From an uncultured bacterium (GTDB lineage Bacteria; Muiribacteriota; UBA6191; JACPRK01): a stretch of 21,035 nucleotides of DNA. The DNA is taken from positions 1-21,035 of the forward strand of contig CAZSVK010000032.1 of the NCBI GenBank assembly GCA_964610245.1. Direction: 5' to 3'. Position 1 is the first letter of the stretch. Every line of letters starts with the position of its first letter. The position numbers and the translations under genes were made by a program. The notes under the pieces are model-generated. The model worked only from the letters and a program-made list of their open reading frames with translations, did no database searches and was not told the DNA's origin. Of the stretch, positions 14,851-21,035 are shown in pieces.

Positions 14851-15323
14851 GGTTTGCCGGCCCCGGTCCTGGCAGGCGCGGGCGCGGGGGGCTCAGCCTT
14901 GGGAGGGGCCTTGCCGAGCGGGTCGGCGACGCAGGGGCTGGGGAGAAAGCCGGACTGCTTGCGCTCGTCGAGACTGGCCTTGGCGTCCTTCTTCTGCAGG
15001 GCGTCGAGCGCCTCGGCGAGCGGCTTGACCCGGCCCGAGAGCTTGCGGTCGTGGCGGGCGTACCAGAGATAACGCCGCAGGCACTTGGCCTCGTGCCTCA
15101 GGGTCTCGGCCTCCATCTTGATCGCCTTGTCCTCGGCGCCGTGCTTGACCAGCAGCCTCTCGCGCTCGAGCCTGAGCCGGAGCCAGCGCAGCGAGGCCTC
15201 GCAGTCCTTGTCGATCGCGGCGCCGGAATCGGGTAGCGGCTCGTCGGAGGCCGCGGCCGGCCCGGATCCCTGGCAGGCGAGCCCGAGGGCGAGGAGCGCG
15301 GCCAGGGCGAGCGGGCGCGTCAT
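14847..15323 (-). CDS. small secreted or lipoprotein-like protein (158 aa) with a signal peptide, four Cys, a charged helical core and a Pro/Ala-rich C-terminal tail
   Basis: ATG at 15323 overlaps the HEAT-2 stop (ATGA). The signal peptide is MTRPLALAALLALGLACQGS. The tail is FLPSPCVADPLGKAPPKAEPPAPAPARTGAGKP. The stop overlaps the acyltransferase start. Confidence 0.6.
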   Translation of the reverse strand: MTRPLALAALLALGLACQGSGPAAASDEPLPDSGAAIDKDCEASLRWLRLRLERERLLVKHGAEDKAIKMEAETLRHEAKCLRRYLWYARHDRKLSGRVKPLAEALDALQKKDAKASLDERKQSGFLPSPCVADPLGKAPPKAEPPAPAPARTGAGKP

Positions 15324-16720
15324 TGCAGGATCTTCGCGAAGGCGCGCAGCTCGGGGGTCTCGGCGATGGCCACGGTCTTGTTGCGGTAGGCCTGGGCGAT
15401 CGCCTTGCCCATCCGGACGAAGGAGGCGCGCATCTTGGCGCGGTACTGGTCGAGGCCGCTGGTGAGGATCTGGGTCTTCAGCTCGCCGTCGGGGGCGAGG
15501 CTGTGCGAGAGGGAGCGCAGGTAGTCCTGGTAGCGCGTGATCTCGTAGTAGTGGACCATCAGGGCCTTGTCCTTGAGCTCGCCGCGGCGGCAGAGTTCGA
15601 AGCCGTCGACGCCTATCTTGAACAGCAGGCGCGAGAGCGTGGCCTTGACCTCCGCCTCGCGCAGCTCCTGGGCGATGTTGAGGATCTCGCGCTTGAAGGT
15701 GCGCTCGACCTTCTCCCGGACACGGGCCTGGAACTCCTCGTCTTCCGGGGTCGCCTTCGCGGGAGGCGTGGGGATGTAGGGCATGTTGGAGCTGGCGTCG
15801 TTCAGTCCCAGCTCCTGGCGCTGCTTGAGCAGCTCCCGGATGTCGACCCCCTTGGCCGCGAGAATCTCGATCGCCTGCTGGCGCACGGTGGGATCGTTGT
15901 CGTCTATCCGGCGGGTGATGGCCGCGACGGCCCTCTCGCCGGTGCAGTCGGCGAGGCACTTCACGGCCCGGAGGCGAACCCCTTCGTAGGCGTCGCTGGC
16001 GGCGCGCACGAGCAGGTCTTCCAGATCGAGCTTGGAGAGCTGGGCAATGGCGTAGACCGCGCTCTCGCGCATCGCGACCTTGTCGCTGTCGAGCATCGAC
16101 GCGAGGTACTCCTTGACGTGAGGATCGCCGAAGCGGCCCAGCGCCTTGACGACGTTGGAGCGCACCCGGTTGTTCTCGTCGTTGAGGAGCGGTACCAGCA
16201 GCGGGATGTGTCGCTTGTCGCCCAGGTCTTCGAACACCTCGACCGCATTCGCCCGCACGCGGTCGTCTGAGTGGGAGAGGAACCTGCTCGTGTCGGCCAG
16301 CACCGACGGGTCGGTGCACCTCCTCAGATTCGCGAGGATCGACGCGATCTTGACCGTGTCGGTCTCCCGCACCAGTTCGGCCACGAGCTGCCGGCCGGCG
16401 GCCGGCGGAGGAGGCGGAGCGGCCGGCTGCTGCGGCGCGGCCTGGGACCTGGCGACGGCCCCGGCGAGCGCCTCCCGGGAGATGGACTGGGTCTGGCGGC
16501 CGCCCGCATCCATGTAGTTGGCCGCCTTCTTGGCGAGGAAGGCAATGTCGCCGTTAGGTCCGGTGCACAGCTCGTTCACCTTGCGGCGGAGGATCTGCAG
16601 CTCTTGCTGGGTGACGCCGTCGTCGAAGCTGATGCGGGTGACGGTCGTCAGGGCGAGCGTCTGGATCTCCGAATCGGAGTCGGACAGATCCTCGATGATG
16701 CGCTGGATCTTGAGGGACAT
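15320..16720 (-). CDS. HEAT-repeat protein, paralog 2 (466 aa): conserved N-terminal segment, Pro/Ala linker, about 5 PBS-lyase-type HEAT repeats, conserved C-terminal domain of unknown function
   Basis: HEAT-like repeats DDRVRANAVEVFEDLGDKRHIPLLVPLLNDENNRVRSNVVKALGRFGD... are present. The C-terminal motif YYEITRYQDYLRSL is shared with the upstream paralog. ATG at 16720 lies 18 nt after the upstream stop. Confidence 0.75.
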   Translation of the reverse strand: MSLKIQRIIEDLSDSDSEIQTLALTTVTRISFDDGVTQQELQILRRKVNELCTGPNGDIAFLAKKAANYMDAGGRQTQSISREALAGAVARSQAAPQQPAAPPPPPAAGRQLVAELVRETDTVKIASILANLRRCTDPSVLADTSRFLSHSDDRVRANAVEVFEDLGDKRHIPLLVPLLNDENNRVRSNVVKALGRFGDPHVKEYLASMLDSDKVAMRESAVYAIAQLSKLDLEDLLVRAASDAYEGVRLRAVKCLADCTGERAVAAITRRIDDNDPTVRQQAIEILAAKGVDIRELLKQRQELGLNDASSNMPYIPTPPAKATPEDEEFQARVREKVERTFKREILNIAQELREAEVKATLSRLLFKIGVDGFELCRRGELKDKALMVHYYEITRYQDYLRSLSHSLAPDGELKTQILTSGLDQYRAKMRASFVRMGKAIAQAYRNKTVAIAETPELRAFAKILQ

Positions 16721-16738
16721 CGCTTGGCGGAAGGCAGG

Positions 16739-18421
16739 TCAGGCTCCGGCGCGGCTGGCCTGGGCCAGCTCGGCCAGGAGCTTGCGGATTGGCTCGCCCT
16801 CGCGAGGCGGGAGCTGCAGCTGCTGGCGCTGGAGGAGTTCGGCGGCCTGGCGGCCAAGCTGGGTGAAGGAGGCCTTGATCTTCTCTTGCAGGTGTTCGAT
16901 GGCCGAGGTCCGGGTGGCATCCTCGGGATCTCCGCGCTTCACCATGTAGTTCCGGAGGAAGTCCTGATAGCGGAGGACCTCGTAGAAGACGCTGTCGAGG
17001 TTCTCGTGAGTGAGCACGTTGAGCCTGCAGAGCTGGTAGATCTCGGTGCCCAGGCCACGGTAGAGTTCCTCGAGATGGGCGGCCTGCTCCGGGGCCGAAG
17101 GGGCCTTGGCCGGGGCCGCCAGAGGCGCGGGGGCCGGCGCTGCCGGTTCGGGCTTCTCGGGGATCGGCGGCGGGGCGGCGGCCTCGGCGGCCGCGCGCTG
17201 GTTCTGGAGCAACACCTTGATGGCCCGGAGCGCTTCGGCGGCGGCCTCGCAGATGTTGATGTCGAGGTCGTTGAGCATGCGCTTGAGGGCGATGACCACG
17301 GCGCGCGTCGGGAAGCGGGCGAGCGCCTTGGTGGCCCGCAGGCGAACGCCCTCGTACGGGTCGTCGAGCGCGTGCAGGAGCAGCGCCTCGACGAACGGCA
17401 TGTCGATCTTGGAGAGAACGTAGACCGCCGTCTCGCGCATGCTCATCGCCGACTGCGCGAGCATGTCCCGGAGCGTGTCTTCGACCCCGGCGTAGCCCAG
17501 CTTCGCCAGAGCGACCGCGGCGTTACCGCGAGCGCGGTTGTTGCGGTCGGCCAGGCGCGGAACCAGCCAGTCGATGTGATGGTGCGTGCCCAGCCGCTCG
17601 AACACCTCGATGGCGTTGGCTCGAACGCGATCGTCGGCGTGCTCCAGGAGCGATCGTAGTGCGTCCAGGTCGGCGGTGGTGCCCTTTGAGGCGAGCTGGA
17701 TCAGACAGGATGCGATGTAGTAGGTCGGAAGCGGCCGCGTGATCGCGTCGAGCAGCTCGGGCCGCGACAGCGAGCTTGCGTCCGGCAGCGGAGGACCTGC
17801 CGGCTTGGCGGGCGCAGTCGGCGCGGGGGCCGGGCGCGGGGGCCGGGGCGGCAGGCCGGCCACGGGCGGCGCGGCTACCGGCGGGGCGGCCTGCGCGATC
17901 GCGGCTGCGGCCGGTGGGGCGGCAGGGATCGCGACCGGGGCCGGGGCCGGCGCGGCGCTGGGTGCGCCTACCAGCGCCGGCGCCCCGGGCAGGACGACCG
18001 CCGCCACCGGCTGCTGCGGCTCGATCGCGATCGGCTGGAGCGGCGCTACCGGGGCGAGCGTCACGGGTATGACCGGCGACTCGAGTGCCTGCACGAACGG
18101 GATGGGCGTGGCAACCACCGGCGCGGCGATCGGCTCGGGTGAGGGCGTCGCGGGGCCGGCCGGTCCTGCCGGGGCCTCCTGGTCGTGGAGGCATGCCTTG
18201 AAGGCCGAATCGATGTGATTGAAGGCCTTGCGCGCCAGGAATACGACGTCGGGATTGTCCGACGACGACAGCGGCTTGAGGCGGGCCGCGATCTCGCGGA
18301 TCTCTGCGGGAGAGTCGACGATCTGCGGGCTGAGCCGCGTGATGCTCATCAGGGCGAAGGTCTTGATCTGCGGATCGGGATGAGCGAGATCGGCGCAGAT
18401 TTTCGCGAGATTGACGGCCAT
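16739..18421 (-). CDS. HEAT-repeat protein, paralog 1 (560 aa) with a long Pro/Ala-rich low-complexity linker
   Basis: The start is the internal ATG at 18421 (MAVNLAKICADL...), preceded by AGGAG with an 8-nt spacer; the ORF-track start at 18463 lacks an RBS. HEAT repeats DDRVRANAIEVFERLGTHHHIDWLVPRLADRNNRARGNAAVALAKLG... are present. The C-terminal motif FYEVLRYQDFLRNY matches paralog 2. Confidence 0.75.
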   Translation of the reverse strand: MAVNLAKICADLAHPDPQIKTFALMSITRLSPQIVDSPAEIREIAARLKPLSSSDNPDVVFLARKAFNHIDSAFKACLHDQEAPAGPAGPATPSPEPIAAPVVATPIPFVQALESPVIPVTLAPVAPLQPIAIEPQQPVAAVVLPGAPALVGAPSAAPAPAPVAIPAAPPAAAAIAQAAPPVAAPPVAGLPPRPPRPAPAPTAPAKPAGPPLPDASSLSRPELLDAITRPLPTYYIASCLIQLASKGTTADLDALRSLLEHADDRVRANAIEVFERLGTHHHIDWLVPRLADRNNRARGNAAVALAKLGYAGVEDTLRDMLAQSAMSMRETAVYVLSKIDMPFVEALLLHALDDPYEGVRLRATKALARFPTRAVVIALKRMLNDLDINICEAAAEALRAIKVLLQNQRAAAEAAAPPPIPEKPEPAAPAPAPLAAPAKAPSAPEQAAHLEELYRGLGTEIYQLCRLNVLTHENLDSVFYEVLRYQDFLRNYMVKRGDPEDATRTSAIEHLQEKIKASFTQLGRQAAELLQRQQLQLPPREGEPIRKLLAELAQASRAGA

Positions 18422-18506
18422 GAACCGGACTCCTGCCGGACGGTGCCGGCATCTGCCGATCATATCGATGCAGCGCCCGAAAGTAAAGGCACCCGGGGCG
18501 TCGGGC

Positions 18507-20666
18507 CTATCTCGGCGAGGGGTTGCGCCGGGGCTCGGGGGGCACCTGCAGCTCGCTGCGGCGGCCGCAGATCGAGAGCCACACCCGCGCCTGCAGTAAC
18601 CGCCAGGCCAGCTCCCGGTCGAGCGGATCGGCCGAGGCTCCGGCGGCCGGATCGCGCGGCCAGTGGGTGATCAGCCGATCTCTCAGCCCGACCCAGGTCC
18701 GGAACTGCGCCTCGTGTTTCTGGAGCCGGTCTTCCGACGTAAGAAGGGCCGCCAGCAGCAGGCGGTTGCGCGTCTGCGCCGTCTCGTAGAAGGCCAGCTC
18801 CGCGGCGGGCGGCATGGCGGCGCCCGAGGCGCCCGACACCGGGGCGAGCCACGAGCTGGTGAGCCGTTCGACGGCGTCGAAGGCGCCCATCAGGATCAGC
18901 GTCCTGAGCGCCGCGGAGGCCAGCGCCAGGTCCTGCATCGTGGGCGCGGCCGGCAGCCGGATCCGGGGCGTGAGCGCCAGCGCGTTATCGACGACCTCCT
19001 TGTGCAGGGCGTCGATCGCTCTGCCCTTCAGGTCGTAGCGCGAAAGGGCCCGGAGGGCCAGCCATCCGGTCCGCCAGACCGGATCGCGCGACTGGATCAG
19101 GATCGGGGGCACCTGGCCCTGGAATCGAACGGCGTCGGACGATAGCCTCTCCATGACGCCGGCGACCTTGAACTCGAGCGAGAAAGAGCCGATCAGGGCG
19201 AAGGTGATGGTCTTGAGGCTTGCCTGGGCGGTCATCGCGTCCCAGCTCAGGACCCGGATGTGCTCCGTCAGGAGGAAGAACCTGACGAGCAGCTCTCCGG
19301 CCATGGGCGCTCCTTCCGGCCCGTTGTTGCGGGCGAGGCTCGCCGCGGCCGGCAGGGCCTGAATGATGGCGTTCTGCGCCCGCTTCCAGATCGCGAAGAT
19401 GCGTTCGAGCAGGACCGGCGTCGAGAGCGAGGCCGGGTCGCGCAGATCCTGGGCGTGGCCTTGCTCGGCCTCGGCCCGGAGCGCCTCGATCGTTCGCGTC
19501 GCCTCCGCGGCAGCCTCCCGGGCCTTCTCGAGCAGCTGCTTGCGGTGGGCCTCGGCCGACGGCTCGGGCTCGGGCGTGGCGACCCGGGCGATCGGAGGCG
19601 CCGCGGCAGGAGGCGCGCCGCTCCGCGCGTAGAGCAGGATCCCGGCCGCGAGCACGGTGGCGAGCAGGGCGACCCCCAGGCCTATCATGACCGAGCGATC
19701 CCTTACCGCCGCCGTGGCGATCTGACTCGACCGGGTCGACGTGCGAGGCCTGGGAGCGCGGGTGACGCGCCGGGCGGCTTCGCGGGCGGCGACCGAATCG
19801 GCGCGGATCATCGTGGCCTCGAGCAGGGTCTGGTCGTTCGCCAAATGCTGCAGGGCGGAGATCAACTCGCGTGCGCCGGCAAACCTGTCTTCCGGCGCCT
19901 TGGCCAGGCAGCGGGCGAGGATGCGATCGAACTCCGGGGGGACCCCGCGGCCGAGAGAGGCCAGCGGCGGCACCGGCGACTTCACGTGCTGCTTGAGGAT
20001 CGCCTGGGGCTCGGGTCCGCCGAAGGGGGGTTCCCCCGCGAGACACTCGAAGAGCACGACGCCGAGGGCGTACAGATCGGACGCGGGGCCGGCCGGCTTG
20101 CCCACGATGGTCTCGGGGGCCAGGTAGGCCGGGGTGCCCATCACGAACCCCTTGCGGGTCTGGACGAGCCCCTCGGTGGCCAGGTCTTTGGCGATGCCGA
20201 GGTCTCCGATGAGTGGCCCCCGGTCGACGGAGAGAAAGATGTTCTCGGGCTTGATATCCCTGTGCAAGATGCCCGCGTCGTGAAGCGTGGCCAGGGCGTC
20301 GGCGCAGGCCAGGACAACATCCACGCTCTGCTGAACCGGGAGCGGCCCCTCGCGGTGCAACTTCTCCCTGAGCGTCTTTCCGTGCACCAGCTCGAAGGCC
20401 AGGAACAGGCGGTGCTCCTGCTCTCCGACTTGCAGGACTCGCACGAGCTGGGGGTGCTGCACCCGCGCGGCGAGGATGCCCTCCTGCAGGAAGCGCTTGC
20501 GCGAGGCCTCGTCGAAGGCCAGATCCGACGTCAGGACCTTGAGCGCGACCGGCCTGTCGAGCGAGATCTGGCGGGCCTTGTAGACGATCCCCATGCCGCC
20601 CTGGCCAAGCTTGCCCTCGATGCGGTAGCCGCCGAGAACGGAGCCGGCCGGGAGTTCGTGTCGCAT
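18507..20666 (-). CDS. Hanks-type Ser/Thr protein kinase (719 aa) with one TM helix and a ~380-aa C-terminal, probably extracytoplasmic, domain of unknown function
   Basis: Kinase motifs GQGGMGIVYKARQ (Gly loop), ALK (catalytic Lys), HRDIKPENIFL, DLGIAKD and GTPAYLAPE are present. The TM segment is VMIGLGVALLATVLAAGILLYA. ATG at 20666 and TAG at 18507-18509. Confidence 0.9.
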   Translation of the reverse strand: MRHELPAGSVLGGYRIEGKLGQGGMGIVYKARQISLDRPVALKVLTSDLAFDEASRKRFLQEGILAARVQHPQLVRVLQVGEQEHRLFLAFELVHGKTLREKLHREGPLPVQQSVDVVLACADALATLHDAGILHRDIKPENIFLSVDRGPLIGDLGIAKDLATEGLVQTRKGFVMGTPAYLAPETIVGKPAGPASDLYALGVVLFECLAGEPPFGGPEPQAILKQHVKSPVPPLASLGRGVPPEFDRILARCLAKAPEDRFAGARELISALQHLANDQTLLEATMIRADSVAAREAARRVTRAPRPRTSTRSSQIATAAVRDRSVMIGLGVALLATVLAAGILLYARSGAPPAAAPPIARVATPEPEPSAEAHRKQLLEKAREAAAEATRTIEALRAEAEQGHAQDLRDPASLSTPVLLERIFAIWKRAQNAIIQALPAAASLARNNGPEGAPMAGELLVRFFLLTEHIRVLSWDAMTAQASLKTITFALIGSFSLEFKVAGVMERLSSDAVRFQGQVPPILIQSRDPVWRTGWLALRALSRYDLKGRAIDALHKEVVDNALALTPRIRLPAAPTMQDLALASAALRTLILMGAFDAVERLTSSWLAPVSGASGAAMPPAAELAFYETAQTRNRLLLAALLTSEDRLQKHEAQFRTWVGLRDRLITHWPRDPAAGASADPLDRELAWRLLQARVWLSICGRRSELQVPPEPRRNPSPR

Positions 20667-20686
20667 GGGAGACTGAAGGCTGCAGC

Positions 20687-21035
20687 CTACAGTCTACTGC
20701 GCAGGATCCCCTTCAGGAAGGCGCCGGTGTGCGAGCGCTTGCTCAGGCGCGCAACCTCCTCGGGTGTACCGGCGGCGACGATCCGGCCGCCCTCGCTGCC
20801 GCCTTCGGGGCCAAGGTCGAGGACGTGATCGGCGCTGCAGATGACCGAGGGGTTGTGCTCGATGACCACGAGACTATCGCCGCGCTCGACCAGCGAGTGC
20901 AGCATCAGCAGCAGGTTCTTGACGTCGCTCGCGTGCAGTCCGGTCGTGGGCTCGTCGAGCACGTAGAGGCTGCGGCCCGAGCTGCGCTTGCCCAGCTCCT
21001 CGGTGAGCTTGATGCGTTGCGTCTCGCCGCCCGAG
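20687..21035 (-). CDS. uvrA: excinuclease ABC subunit A, C-terminal end (partial; the 5' part lies beyond the window)
   Basis: [94 protein letters not shown] closely matches the UvrA C-terminal ABC signature / Walker B / H-loop region recalled from memory. The ORF is open to the window end. Stop TAG at 20687-20689. Confidence 0.9.
   Translation of the reverse strand, partial: SGGETQRIKLTEELGKRSSGRSLYVLDEPTTGLHASDVKNLLLMLHSLVERGDSLVVIEHNPSVICSADHVLDLGPEGGSEGGRIVAAGTPEEVARLSKRSHTGAFLKGILRSRL

Noticed and set aside
12007-15072. 1021-aa plus-strand ORF
   Set aside because: It runs antisense across the GT-C start, the radical SAM gene and the acyltransferase gene, with a low-complexity Arg/Gly/Asp composition.
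14847-16319. 490-aa minus-strand ORF
   Set aside because: Only the C-terminal 158 aa, from the Met at 15323 (signal peptide), are plausible. The upstream part overlaps the HEAT-2 gene out of frame and is Arg/Pro-rich.
15323-17659. Plus-strand ORFs 15323..16270 and 16271..17659, and minus ORF 17523..18452
   Set aside because: They are antisense or alternative frames of the HEAT-repeat genes, with Gly/Leu/Arg or Arg/Pro low-complexity composition.
18422-18463. ORF-track start (18463) for HEAT paralog 1
   Set aside because: It has no RBS, and the first 14 residues (MIGRCRHRPAGVRF) are basic and non-conserved. The ATG at 18421 has an AGGAG RBS and gives an N-terminus parallel to paralog 2.
18985-20828. 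Minus ORF 18985..20046 and plus ORF 19260..20828
   Set aside because: They are alternative or antisense frames of the Ser/Thr kinase gene, which carries unmistakable Hanks motifs in its own frame.
1-21035. Search for rRNA, tRNA, CRISPR arrays, IS elements and integrases
   Set aside because: There are no cloverleaf-compatible segments in the few short intergenic gaps. No repeat-spacer periodicity beyond the intragenic 24-bp array. No transposase or integrase motifs in any frame.

Overview
This is a very GC-rich bacterial window (by eye about 70% GC) that is almost fully coding. I call sixteen genes in three blocks. Most of the long Arg/Pro/Gly-rich six-frame ORFs are antisense artefacts of the high GC content and are listed under rejected.

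Block 1 (about 167-3597, minus strand) is a flotillin operon of the E. coli yqiJK type. It has an NfeD/YqiJ-like membrane protein, a YqiK-type SPFH flotillin with a long Glu/Ala/Gln coiled coil, and a small two-helix membrane protein. The NfeD-like gene carries an intragenic tandem array of about ten 24-bp units that encodes a His/Asp-rich (LHADVDHD)n repeat.

Block 2 (3763-14850) sits on two converging strands that meet at 9553/9565. It encodes what looks like a lipid-carrier-linked sugar modification pathway with the logic of the Arn pathway. The components are:
- an extended-SDR nucleotide-sugar epimerase/dehydratase
- a NodU/CmcH-type carbamoyltransferase
- an unusual fusion of an ArnC/GtrB-like GT2 polyprenyl-phosphate glycosyltransferase to an ArnD/NodB-like deacylase
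- a PP-loop ATPase
- a giant GT-C (PMT/ArnT-like) transferase fused to PA14-like and NHL beta-propeller domains
- a B12-binding radical SAM enzyme
- a hexapeptide acyltransferase

Block 3 (14847-21035, minus strand, same transcriptional direction as the second half of block 2) follows the partial 3' end of uvrA at the window edge. It contains a Hanks-type Ser/Thr kinase with one TM helix and a large unknown C-terminal domain, then two tandem paralogous HEAT-repeat proteins that share an unrecognised conserved C-terminal motif, then a small secreted protein with a Pro/Ala-rich tail. This run is linked to block 2 by ATGA/GTGA overlapping stop/start codons.

Other sequence-level features: a G-quadruplex-type telomere-like heptamer repeat at 36-74, a perfect 23-bp palindrome at 522-544, and a divergent promoter region (3598-3762) with a rare TATATA element and a 14-bp palindrome. 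I found no rRNA, tRNA, CRISPR array or obvious mobile element. The taxon is uncertain; high GC, YqiK-type flotillin, Ser/Thr kinase and GGAGG-type ribosome-binding sites fit Myxococcota or a related Gram-negative high-GC lineage.
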